DNA of 64,000 bases from a virus. Shown piece after piece: positions 31,687 through 40,949 of the stretch (position 1 is the first letter of the stretch; each line of letters starts with the position of its first letter). The notes under the pieces were generated by a model. That model did not search any database. It saw only the letters and a program-made list of their open reading frames with translations, and had not been told where the DNA came from. The translations under genes and the position numbers were made by a program. The stretch lies in the IMG/VR virus record IMGVR_UViG_3300007513_000009; one strand, written 5' to 3'.

Positions 31687-31932
31687 GTGGATAAATTACA
31701 AGAATTAATGACAATCACAATGGAAGAATGTGGTGAGTTGATTCAACAATGTAGTAAAGCTATTCGATGTAGCCATTATTACGGCAACGAAAATTTGGTA
31801 GAAGAAGTTGGTGATGTTATGTGTATGATTGATATGTTACACGAATACGATATCATCAGTTGGACAGATGTAGATAATAGAGTATTAGAGAAGAAAAAGA
31901 AATTAATGAAGTGGAGTAGTTTGCTTGATTAA
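31687..31932 (+). CDS. MazG-like nucleotide pyrophosphohydrolase
   Basis: MEECGELIQ...EEVGDV (ExxE...ExxD). Confidence 0.8.
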   Translation: MDKLQELMTITMEECGELIQQCSKAIRCSHYYGNENLVEEVGDVMCMIDMLHEYDIISWTDVDNRVLEKKKKLMKWSSLLD

Positions 31933-31933
31933 T

Positions 31934-33142
31934 ATGAAAACTTATTTGACATATGATGATGTAAACATAGTTCCAAAATATTCGGAATTGGAATCTCGTG
32001 ATAAAGTAGATTTAACTACAAGGTTTACCAAGAATACGGTATTATCTATTCCAATAGTTGCGTCACCGATGGATACCATTTGTGAAGAAGATATGGCAAA
32101 GGAAATGATGGATTGGGGTGGAGTTGGTGTCATACATAGGTTTCAGAGTATTAAGGATCAAGCTCGTATGATGAGATCATTACATTATGAATGGGATAAA
32201 TACTTTACACCTTTGAGTGGTAATGATAACGAAGAAGAAAGAACTATAGATAAAGAATGGGATGAATGGTATAAGAGTGTAAAACATTGGAATCATCCAC
32301 CTACTAAATCAGATTGGAAAGATTTAAAGGATAGATTTTATTGGACGGATTCTTTGATTCGTGATGAAAAGATTTGGTCTAAACGACCACTATGTGCAGC
32401 CATAGGAGTTACGGGTGATTATAAAGAGAGAGCTCAGGAGTTAGTTAAGAATGGATGTAATGTATTATTTATAGATATAGCACATGGACACCATTTGTTA
32501 TTAAAAAATGTTGTTAAGGAGTTAAAGAATGAATTTGGACGAGATGTTGAAGTCATCGGGGGTTCGATTGCGACACCGGAAGCTGCCAGAGCATTATGTG
32601 AATGGGGGGTGGATGGCATTCGAGTCGGCATCGGTAACGGATCATTATGTGAAACGAGAATCAGAACTGGGGTGGGACTTCCTCAGATTACTGTTTTGTC
32701 TGATGTGTGTTCCGTTGCTGACAATTATAGTGTTCCTTGCATCGCTGATGGTGGCGTTAGGTATGTGGGTGATGTGGCTAAAGGACTTGGGGCAGGGGCT
32801 GATTCGGTTATGCTCGGCTCTATTATTGCTGGGACGAAAGAAACGCCAGGTGAAATTATAAAACAAGGAGAATGGCCTAATGAAAAGCTATACAAGAAAT
32901 ATAGAGGAAGTGCTTCTCTCGATAGTAAAGCTGACAGAGGAGAATCTAAAAATGTGGAAGGAAATTCTAAAATCATTCCATATAAAGGTAAAGTCATCCG
33001 CATTATATCTGATATTCGTGATGGTCTTGGCTCATCTTTTTCTTATGTTGGCGCGAGTGATGTATTGGATTTTCAATCGAGGTGCGAATTTGTTAGGGTT
33101 ACATCCGCTGGAACGATAGAAGCAAAACCACATTTACTATGA
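31934..33142 (+). CDS. guaC: IMPDH/GMP reductase family enzyme, more likely GMP reductase
   Basis: ASPMDT, DIAHGH, GIGNGSLCETR, IADGG, YRGSAS...KNVEG; no flap RY dyad as in IMPDH. Confidence 0.75.
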   Translation: MKTYLTYDDVNIVPKYSELESRDKVDLTTRFTKNTVLSIPIVASPMDTICEEDMAKEMMDWGGVGVIHRFQSIKDQARMMRSLHYEWDKYFTPLSGNDNEEERTIDKEWDEWYKSVKHWNHPPTKSDWKDLKDRFYWTDSLIRDEKIWSKRPLCAAIGVTGDYKERAQELVKNGCNVLFIDIAHGHHLLLKNVVKELKNEFGRDVEVIGGSIATPEAARALCEWGVDGIRVGIGNGSLCETRIRTGVGLPQITVLSDVCSVADNYSVPCIADGGVRYVGDVAKGLGAGADSVMLGSIIAGTKETPGEIIKQGEWPNEKLYKKYRGSASLDSKADRGESKNVEGNSKIIPYKGKVIRIISDIRDGLGSSFSYVGASDVLDFQSRCEFVRVTSAGTIEAKPHLL

Positions 33143-33680
33143 AAAAAAAGACTTAACAGGTTATAATTTGATAATTATAGACAGAACATAGTTGGAGATT
33201 TTTTTATGAAATTTATTATAGACTATTCCACAATACCAAGCGTTACATATACAGACGTTTGCCTGCAATGGGTGACCGATACTTCATATTCAATAGAAGT
33301 AGTATACGGAGATTAAAATAATGGGACAAAAATCATGGCCTGAAGAAAGGTCAGAGATAGCTATATGGCTTTCTGGCTTTTTGGGAACTTATAAAAAATG
33401 GGTTGATAAAATTTTAGACAATGATGATCATGAGGTAACTAAGAATAAAATAATCGATTTGTTGTCAGAGTGGATAGCTAAGTTAGAAGAAGAAAGAACA
33501 AAAATTATGAGAATGTCCGATACATCACCTGAAGAAGAAACAACTTCTGCTAATGTACATGGTGATGATGATTATGCAGTTCCGCAAGATTAAGATTTCA
33601 CATACAAGATACAAGTAAGGAGGACAGGTTAATGGGTTCTACCTATTCAAAAGAATCTATAACACAATAGGAGTGACGCG

Positions 33681-34457
33681 ATGAATACACTAAAATCAAT
33701 CCTAACTACTATCTTCTTTTTGGGTGGAATTACTTTCGCACAAGAAGAAACTCAAGCACCTGCTTGGGGTGGTGAATTCAGTACTGATATTACTTTTGGT
33801 GATACAGTATCTTTCACTACACCATATACAGGTCTTTCGTATAGTGGTGAAGGGTGGAAACTTACATCGCATCTGTCAGAAGGTGGCGTGAATGTAGAAG
33901 AAGCATATTACAATGTAGATGCTAAAGTTACTTCCGTTACACTTGGACAACAGAGGGTTCCTTTTGGTATTGCCAATCCTTGGCACAGACCATCAGGTAA
34001 TCCATTCGTTAGTGAACCAAGTTCTCAGGCTTATGCCGTTGGACTTGGAGCATCTACCGAATTTGCAGGTGTAGGTATTGCTGGATTTTACGGCGATAAC
34101 CAATCATATTCCATGAGAACATCTTATGGTTTAGCTGGTCATACTGCTGGGGTTTCTATCAATAGTGATGAAGCACGTCTATTGGACGCAAGTGGAACAT
34201 TTTCATATGATTCATTTGGTTCAATTGCATCTTATTTTGAGTATGATCTTAGTGAAGAAACGAGTGGGGACTTATGGTATAGAGCCGTAATCTCGCCGTC
34301 CTTTACTAAAGGTATCACTGCCCTTATAGGATATTCATCTGTTGATGATGAAACCGAAACCATGTATGGTGTCGGTTATCATTATGGCAATTCTTACATT
34401 CGTTCAGAATTGTCCGCAGATGGAGATGTTTCAGTACGAGTAAGTTATACCTTTTAA
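33681..34457 (+). CDS. Porin-like outer-membrane beta-barrel
   Basis: Signal peptide (ITFA|QEE), EAYY...TLGQQRVPFG, alternating beta pattern, C-terminal VSVRVSYTF (terminal Phe). Confidence 0.78.
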   Translation: MNTLKSILTTIFFLGGITFAQEETQAPAWGGEFSTDITFGDTVSFTTPYTGLSYSGEGWKLTSHLSEGGVNVEEAYYNVDAKVTSVTLGQQRVPFGIANPWHRPSGNPFVSEPSSQAYAVGLGASTEFAGVGIAGFYGDNQSYSMRTSYGLAGHTAGVSINSDEARLLDASGTFSYDSFGSIASYFEYDLSEETSGDLWYRAVISPSFTKGITALIGYSSVDDETETMYGVGYHYGNSYIRSELSADGDVSVRVSYTF

Positions 34458-34467
34458 GTAAGGATAA

Positions 34468-34516
34468 TAGGGCGGGAGGCTATAGGCCGTGAGTGTCAAA
34501 ACTTACCCGCCCACTA
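34468..34516 (+). terminator. GC-rich branched hairpin after porin (terminator or stabiliser)
   Basis: GGGCGGG/CCCGCCC outer stem enclosing two sub-hairpins. Confidence 0.5.
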
Positions 34517-34534
34517 AAAAAGTGAAAATAAAGC

Positions 34535-34564
34535 TTGACTTATATTGCATTTCTTTGTTATATT
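34535..34564 (+). promoter_or_regulatory. sigma70-like promoter cassette
   Basis: AAAAGTGAAAATAAAGC-TTGACT-18bp-TATATT, related to the 48181/48450 repeats. Confidence 0.7.
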
Positions 34565-34667
34565 TAGGTATGGAAATGATGGTTACACTAACAATGATAT
34601 TTTTGTACTTCTATTTTTTTATGGGGTACGCTGTAATAATTAAAAAAGGAACATATAAGGAAATAAA

Positions 34668-35099
34668 ATGAAAAGGTTATTTTTAATAGTAGGAATGCTA
34701 GTTATTGGTTGTTCAGAAAACCCAATGTATTCTGAATTTGTTGAAGATTGTGAATGTGATTTGAATATTTCAAGCACATTACCATATTCTGATGGGAGTT
34801 ATAAATTAGAGTTTAATGCAGATTTAGCACAAACTTATACGATGTTGGATGCTTCAACTAATTGTGGATGGTCTCAACATCTTTCTTGGCAATCTGATTA
34901 TGAATATAGAATTGAAAATGATTGGGTTAATTTAGTTAATCCATCAAGTATGACAGATGAAAATGGAAATGCTCATGTAATGTTTGCTGCGTGGGAAAAT
35001 TTTATTGACTATACTGTTGCGGTTTATTGTGGATATACTGATGATGATGGACATCATTATATGGATACTTTATATATTGAAATAGTTGATAACGAATAG
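34668..35099 (+). CDS. Lipoprotein
   Basis: MKR + hydrophobic stretch + lipobox VIGC. Confidence 0.65.
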   Translation: MKRLFLIVGMLVIGCSENPMYSEFVEDCECDLNISSTLPYSDGSYKLEFNADLAQTYTMLDASTNCGWSQHLSWQSDYEYRIENDWVNLVNPSSMTDENGNAHVMFAAWENFIDYTVAVYCGYTDDDGHHYMDTLYIEIVDNE

Positions 35100-35476
35100 G
35101 GGATTAGTAATGAAGTATGTTCTTGTTGATAGATTTGATAATATAGTCGATACCAAAGATTTATCATCTGATGTTGGTGTCAAGGGGGCAACAACTTATT
35201 TTGTAAAGAGAAAACAAATTTCATATGAAAATTTTACACAAATATGGAGAGTAATGACAGAAGACAGGTATTATGAAATATCGGAATCTTGTACAAGAAA
35301 ATCATCAGAAGGGGAATTTGGGGATTGGATTGACATAGAAAAATCTTAATAGTTTGTCATTTTGTCATATACTTATAAGTGGTATAGATATTGTATATAT
35401 TATATCGAATACCATCGCCAAATAAATGGGATGGTAAATTAAGTTAGACGAAAGTTAACTACATAGGAGAAATAAA

Positions 35477-35953
35477 ATGACTAAATTAGTTTTTAATCCA
35501 CACGGTATCCCACATTTCGACAGGGATAATTTTTTAACCCCATTTGATAAAATGTTTGACTCAATGATGGAAGCACAATTTCCTGAGATTGAACAACAGG
35601 TTGGTGTCAAACCATATCAAGGTTCAGCATATCCAAAAGTCAATGTATATGAATACGATGATAAAGTTGGTGTAGTTGCTGAGATTCCAGGTCTCGATAA
35701 GAAACAACTCAATGTAGAAGTTGAAGAGGGTGTATTAACCATCTCAGGTGATAAACATGGAGTTTTAGAAGAAGAAGGTGCTAAAGTAATTCGTAGAGAG
35801 TTAAAGGCTTCTTCATTCAGACGTTCTTTCGAACTTGGTGAATTACTTGATGGTGACAATATCAAAGCTAAGTTCATAGATGGGGTATTAACAATAGATA
35901 TTCCGAAGACCGCGCCCGAAAAGCCCAAAAAACACTCAATTAAGATTGGGTGA
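35477..35953 (+). CDS. Small heat-shock protein Hsp20
   Basis: PKVNVYE, AEIPG, LTISG, FRRSF, DGVLTIDIPK. Confidence 0.95.
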   Translation: MTKLVFNPHGIPHFDRDNFLTPFDKMFDSMMEAQFPEIEQQVGVKPYQGSAYPKVNVYEYDDKVGVVAEIPGLDKKQLNVEVEEGVLTISGDKHGVLEEEGAKVIRRELKASSFRRSFELGELLDGDNIKAKFIDGVLTIDIPKTAPEKPKKHSIKIG

Positions 35954-36136
35954 AAAAAATCATCCATATAAATGATGATTGTTATATGATACTCGGAGAG
36001 GTGTCAGCCGATACTAAATTGGATAATGATGAATTGAAATCACAATATAGATTGGCTGACACCATTTTAAGAAATGGTAATAAACTTTTTATTTGTTCAA
36101 AAGTAATAGAAGCAGAATTTGAAATGATTTAATGTC

Positions 36137-36166
36137 TTGACTTATATAGTTATATTTAACTATATT
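36137..36166 (+). promoter_or_regulatory. sigma70-like promoter
   Basis: TTGACT-18bp-TATATT. Confidence 0.65.
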
Positions 36167-36182
36167 AGAGGATGTTAAGGTT

Positions 36183-36629
36183 GTGAAAAAAATTGATTAT
36201 CCAGAATACACAGAAAAAGGAGTTAGATATATGATGTGCTCATCTCATTATTATATGAAATGCGATTGCGGGGAATATGTTGCTGTAGGTGAAGATGCAG
36301 TTTCAGTAAGATGTTCAACCGATGTTACGAGGTCAATGTTTAGAATGTTTCCTCTTGAAGAACCAAAGGGATACAAACCAACAGGACGACCAGCCGGTTG
36401 GCATTGGATGACAGAGTTTGTAGACAAAGATGGTAATGTATTTCATAAAGGTAAAGAACAACCCAAATTGAAGGGAACTTTGAAACCCACAAAAGTGAAA
36501 GCTAAAAGTAAAAATAAAAGGAAAAGAAGAACTAAGGAACAGATACTTATAGATAGACACAATGAGAAAAAGATGGAAGTGAAAAAAGCAATAAAAGAAA
36601 GAGATGATTATTTAAATCATCGATTGTAA
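36183..36629 (+). CDS. Basic hypothetical protein with Cys motif
   Basis: CDCG...RC; GRPAGWHWM.EFVD..GNVFHKG; Lys/Arg-rich tail. Confidence 0.5.
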   Translation: MKKIDYPEYTEKGVRYMMCSSHYYMKCDCGEYVAVGEDAVSVRCSTDVTRSMFRMFPLEEPKGYKPTGRPAGWHWMTEFVDKDGNVFHKGKEQPKLKGTLKPTKVKAKSKNKRKRRTKEQILIDRHNEKKMEVKKAIKERDDYLNHRL

Positions 36630-36641
36630 CGGAGAAAGTAG

Positions 36642-37028
36642 GTGGGCAAACAAGTTAAGAAGCATGGATATAGTTGTAAGTTAGTCAGAGTTGTCGATGG
36701 AGATACTGCAGACGCTATGGTTGATTTAGGATTTAATGTGTGGCATAAGGTGAGAATAAGATTTTATGGTGTTGATACTTGGGAAAGTAGAACTCGTAAT
36801 TTAGACGAAAAGAAAAAGGGTTTAGCAGCAAAAGCTTATGTAAAGGACCTTTTAGAAAATTCTGATGATGGTAAATTTTCAATTATATCACATGGTGTTG
36901 GTAAGTATGGTAGAGTTCTTGGTGAGCTGTTTGTTAAAGGACATGATACTTCGGTAAATGAATTATTAAAAGAGAACGGACACGCATATGAGTATCACGG
37001 TGAAAAGAAAAAAGTATTTGGAAGTTAG
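36642..37028 (+). CDS. Thermonuclease (SNase) family nuclease
   Basis: RVVDGDT, RFYGVDTWE, GKYGRVLG, VNELL..GHA. Confidence 0.9.
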   Translation: MGKQVKKHGYSCKLVRVVDGDTADAMVDLGFNVWHKVRIRFYGVDTWESRTRNLDEKKKGLAAKAYVKDLLENSDDGKFSIISHGVGKYGRVLGELFVKGHDTSVNELLKENGHAYEYHGEKKKVFGS

Positions 37029-37112
37029 AGATAAATTGTGGGTGGAGGAATTGGTCCACGTAAACCATTGGTTATAGTTGAGAAAGAAATAACAATTATT
37101 GAGGAAATTATA

Positions 37113-37292
37113 ATGAGTAGCATGGAAATATTTATTCAGATGAAAGAACAATGGGATGCGTTTGAAGTCGATCACCATAAGTTCGTAGAGAAAGGTAACA
37201 AAGCCGCTGGTGGTAGAGCAAGAAAATCTATTGGTGAAATCAAAAAGTTAGTTACTGAGTATCGTAAAGCATCTGTAGCAGAATCAAAGTAA
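37113..37292 (+). CDS. Histone H1-like Hc1-family nucleoid protein
   Basis: KGNKAAGGRARK...YRKASV; RBS GAGGA upstream of ATG 37113. Confidence 0.75.
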   Translation: MSSMEIFIQMKEQWDAFEVDHHKFVEKGNKAAGGRARKSIGEIKKLVTEYRKASVAESK

Positions 37293-37301
37293 AAAAAAAG
37301 C

Positions 37302-37330
37302 TTGACATTTTGAATAAAAAGTGTTAAGTT
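37302..37330 (+). promoter_or_regulatory. sigma70-like promoter for the DUF4338 block
   Basis: TTGACA-17bp-TAAGTT. Confidence 0.55.
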
Positions 37331-37361
37331 AAAATATGGTTATATTTCAAATAAAAAGGTT

Positions 37362-38561
37362 TTGATGGCGTTCAACGATTTTTTTGACGATCCCGATGAG
37401 TTTAATTACGATCGGGAGCGGGATAACTTTATCGATAATATGAATATGTTGAAGGCTATGTCGGTTGAAGAGATTACTTTATATAAAAAGTGGCAAGAGT
37501 TGAACAAAGATGCCTATAAAATGGTAAAGAAGGCAAATAAGTTTTTCAATGTTGGTTATATGTTATGGAGTCCTACAGATATAAACAATAAACAACAGAC
37601 TATTAAAGAGATAGAAGAGTTAGACCCTTATGTGGAATATATTGAGCAGGGAAATGTTAAGTCCACAGATACTTGGGTTTCAGTAAGGAAGTTGATTCAT
37701 AGTATGGAGTTTACTGCTAATCCAGGTAGGAATTTAAAATTCTTTATTAAAGATAGGAATACAGATAAAGTCTTAGGTGTTGTTTGTTTAGGGTCTGATG
37801 TTGTGTCAATTGGTGTTAGAGATAAACATATTGGTTGGACAAAAGAAGATAAGTTGACTGATGGTAAATTGAGGCACACTTCTATTGCTACCACTATATG
37901 TTGTACTCAACCATTAGGTTTTAATTTTTTGGGTGGTAAGTTGGTTGCTGCTATGACAACTAGTTCGGTTATAAGGAATAAATGGGAAGAACTTTATGAT
38001 GAAACTTTAGTAGGCATAACCACTACTGCTCTCTATGGTGTTCATTCAATGTACAATGGCATTCCACATTGGAAAACTCTTGGGGAATCTGTAGGTAGAA
38101 TTTCTTTGAAGCCGGATGATTCAACTTATGAAGTGTGGCATGATTGGTTGAAAGAGAATAAGAGAGATGAGTATTTAGAAAAAACTGTACAAAAAGAGGG
38201 AGTTGCTGGTCCAAGGACTGGGGTGAAGAGTATCATTATTCATATGATGTTTAAGGAATTGGGTATAAGAGCTTCAAATTATGAGCATGGTTTTAAAAGA
38301 GGTGTTTATTATTCAGATATATATGAAAATGGTAAAGAGTTTTTACAGAATGAGATACATGAAGATGAACTTATTATGAAGAAGAAGTTTACTGGTGATG
38401 TTGATTATATAAATAATTGGTGGAAACCTAAGGCTATCAGAAGGTATACTAAGTTATTTGATGAGGGTAGATTAAAACCTGATAGATTATTTTATGCTGA
38501 TGTTGTTGGTAAGACATGGGAACAAACAAAGGCAAAGTATTTAAATGAGGTGGGTAGATAG
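37362..38561 (+). CDS. DUF4338 / Druantia DruA-like protein
   Basis: PGRNLKFFIKD..TDKVLG, RDKHIGW, LGGKLVA, ITTTALYG..SMYN. Confidence 0.75.
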   Translation: MMAFNDFFDDPDEFNYDRERDNFIDNMNMLKAMSVEEITLYKKWQELNKDAYKMVKKANKFFNVGYMLWSPTDINNKQQTIKEIEELDPYVEYIEQGNVKSTDTWVSVRKLIHSMEFTANPGRNLKFFIKDRNTDKVLGVVCLGSDVVSIGVRDKHIGWTKEDKLTDGKLRHTSIATTICCTQPLGFNFLGGKLVAAMTTSSVIRNKWEELYDETLVGITTTALYGVHSMYNGIPHWKTLGESVGRISLKPDDSTYEVWHDWLKENKRDEYLEKTVQKEGVAGPRTGVKSIIIHMMFKELGIRASNYEHGFKRGVYYSDIYENGKEFLQNEIHEDELIMKKKFTGDVDYINNWWKPKAIRRYTKLFDEGRLKPDRLFYADVVGKTWEQTKAKYLNEVGR

Positions 38562-40159
38562 TGCTAATGTTAAAAAAATCATTTGGTGAAACTTTATACA
38601 CAAGAGATGTAAAGTTTACAAAGAGAGGTAAAGATAGTTTAGGTGCAAGTCATTACACCATTCATACAGCTATAAAAGAGATAGTCAATAACTTTATTGT
38701 TGGTCTGACTTTTTTCCAAAGATATAACAGACTTGTAAAAGGTCAAGTAGTTATTGATACTACAAATATGAAATTATATGTAATAGATGATATGACGGGT
38801 TGGGATGAAACAAGAATGACTGAAGCTATGGATATGGGAGTAAGTCTCCCAACACCTGCTATTATGTCTCGTTATGGAATGGGAATAAAATATTTCATTC
38901 CTTATCTTGGAGAACTTGATGAAATTAGAACTTGTCGTGATGCTGATGTTAAGGATTACTTTTCAATGATAGTCGATGATACTTCTGACTATGTTGGACA
39001 TAGAGTTGTAAAAAGCAATGAACCACTAAAACGATTTAATGTTGAAACTCAAGATTGGGAAAAGTTTGATGGTGTTGGTTCAATGATAACCATTGATTTA
39101 AAGTCGAAACACTTCTTTAAAGATAAACGTATCCCAAAAAATCTTATTGAAAAATTTCAAGATTGTTATAAAAAATATTTAGGTAAAACAATATCACTTG
39201 AAGTGATTTGGTTGAAAGACGATAAAGTTGTATTTCATAAACATTGTCGAAAACATACACCACTAAAATCTGCTGAGAGAGTTGTTTTTGAGAAAGTTAT
39301 TAATCCAGAGACAAATAAACCTTATGAGCATATCGACAAAGCAAGAGTGATAGGGCCTGATGTTTGGGAACTTGATGAAATGTATAAATGTCCTAAGACT
39401 GGTTATATTGTGGACTTACAAATAGGTTTTGTTCCACACCCAAAAAATCTGCTCAAACATTATGAAGAAACTAACGACCCTAAATATTGTCCTGATACTT
39501 ACAAAGATAATATTTACAGATATGGTGGTCAGTTTTGTGGATTGACTTACACTCAAGAAGGCGTCGGAATCTCAGGTGGAGAATTTTCTATGGATAGAAA
39601 AGCTGGTATCTATGGAACTATCGACATAATAAAAGGTATAGAAACTACAAGTGATAAAACTTCGATTGAAAGAACATTAGAACTTGATATCTTTGAAGAC
39701 GAACTTACTGAGTTTCTTCGTAGTAAGAAAATATTAGTTCGTTCCACAGCGACTGCAAATCGTTATGATGAAGATGAGATGGAAGAACAACTAATGGAAA
39801 GATTAAGAGACTCATCTAAACTTAGAGAATATTTGGGTGTTGATGGATACACCTTTGATAATCAATACTCAGGTTGTACAAGTGGTATACCTGATATAGT
39901 TGCTCTTGATGGACTAAAGGTAGAAAAAGTCTTTGAGTTAAAAAAAGAGGGTGGTAAAGACTTACCATCAGCTCATTGGCAAGGTGCTTCATATTGTGTG
40001 GAGTTAGATAAAAAAGAGTTGATTATAGTTGCACAAGACCAAGAACTACCATCAGAACAAAAAATTAAAGTAGACATTTGGAATGCTAAAGGTTGGAACA
40101 TTAGATATGAACAATGGCAAACATTAGTTTCGGAATCAGTATTCCCAAAAGATAAATGA
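38561..40159 (+). CDS. Divergent GHKL (MORC-like) ATPase fused to a C-terminal PD-(D/E)XK nuclease
   Basis: AIKEIVNN, VIDDMTG, SRYGMGIK; C-terminal PDIVA...FELKK...QGASY. Confidence 0.65.
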   Translation: MLMLKKSFGETLYTRDVKFTKRGKDSLGASHYTIHTAIKEIVNNFIVGLTFFQRYNRLVKGQVVIDTTNMKLYVIDDMTGWDETRMTEAMDMGVSLPTPAIMSRYGMGIKYFIPYLGELDEIRTCRDADVKDYFSMIVDDTSDYVGHRVVKSNEPLKRFNVETQDWEKFDGVGSMITIDLKSKHFFKDKRIPKNLIEKFQDCYKKYLGKTISLEVIWLKDDKVVFHKHCRKHTPLKSAERVVFEKVINPETNKPYEHIDKARVIGPDVWELDEMYKCPKTGYIVDLQIGFVPHPKNLLKHYEETNDPKYCPDTYKDNIYRYGGQFCGLTYTQEGVGISGGEFSMDRKAGIYGTIDIIKGIETTSDKTSIERTLELDIFEDELTEFLRSKKILVRSTATANRYDEDEMEEQLMERLRDSSKLREYLGVDGYTFDNQYSGCTSGIPDIVALDGLKVEKVFELKKEGGKDLPSAHWQGASYCVELDKKELIIVAQDQELPSEQKIKVDIWNAKGWNIRYEQWQTLVSESVFPKDK

Positions 40160-40941
40160 AAATATACATTCCAACTTTCAAAAGAGTACATAAACAAATA
40201 ACATTTGTTAATTTACCAAATGATATGCAAAAGAATGTTATTTTAGTAGTACAAGAGCAAGAGAGAGATGAGTATGATTATAATTGTGAATATTTGGTTG
40301 TTCCAAATAATATAGGTATTGCTAAAACAAGAGAATATATTTATAAACACGCTAAAGACTCTAGATTTTGTATGTGTGATGATGATGTTAAATTCATAAG
40401 AAGAAATGCTAAGTATTATGGTAAAGAATCCAATATGGAAAAGTCAAATAGATTGATGACAACCAAAGACTTTAATGATATGTTTTCTTTGTTTAATTCT
40501 TGGATGGATGATGGAGTGCCACAGATAGGTAATAATGTTACTGCATTACCACCATCAGGTAAAGAATATACTGAGTTCACACCATTTAATTCAGTTCATT
40601 GTTTGGATGGGGCTGTATTGGAAAAGGAAGATATAGATCATGAGTTTGTACAGGTGGGTGAGGATTACCATTTGATGTTGGAATTACTTACGAGAGGATA
40701 TAAGATTAGACGAAGTGATGAGTTTGTAATTACTGTAGATGAGGATTATGCGAGTGGGGGGTGTTCCACATTTAGAACTGCAGCATTACAATATGAAGAA
40801 CATATTAAATTAATGGGGAAGTTTCCAGGTTTTGTCTATATGGCGGAGGAACTTTTTATAAATGATAAAAAAATTAGAAATTTTAGATATAGGTTAAAAG
40901 ATGCCTATAAATCTTCAAAATATATGAATGAGTTTTTTTAG
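40156..40941 (+). CDS. TAGT/GREB1-like GT-A glycosyltransferase (DNA base glycosylation type)
   Basis: IYIPTFKR, GIAKTREYI, MCDDD, EDYHLMLELL, GGCSTFRT. Confidence 0.78.
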   Translation: MKIYIPTFKRVHKQITFVNLPNDMQKNVILVVQEQERDEYDYNCEYLVVPNNIGIAKTREYIYKHAKDSRFCMCDDDVKFIRRNAKYYGKESNMEKSNRLMTTKDFNDMFSLFNSWMDDGVPQIGNNVTALPPSGKEYTEFTPFNSVHCLDGAVLEKEDIDHEFVQVGEDYHLMLELLTRGYKIRRSDEFVITVDEDYASGGCSTFRTAALQYEEHIKLMGKFPGFVYMAEELFINDKKIRNFRYRLKDAYKSSKYMNEFF

Positions 40942-40949
40942 AGGATAAT

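Noticed and set aside
37362-38561. Complete Druantia defence system
   Set aside because: Only a DruA-like gene is present; no large DruE helicase or other Dru genes in the window.
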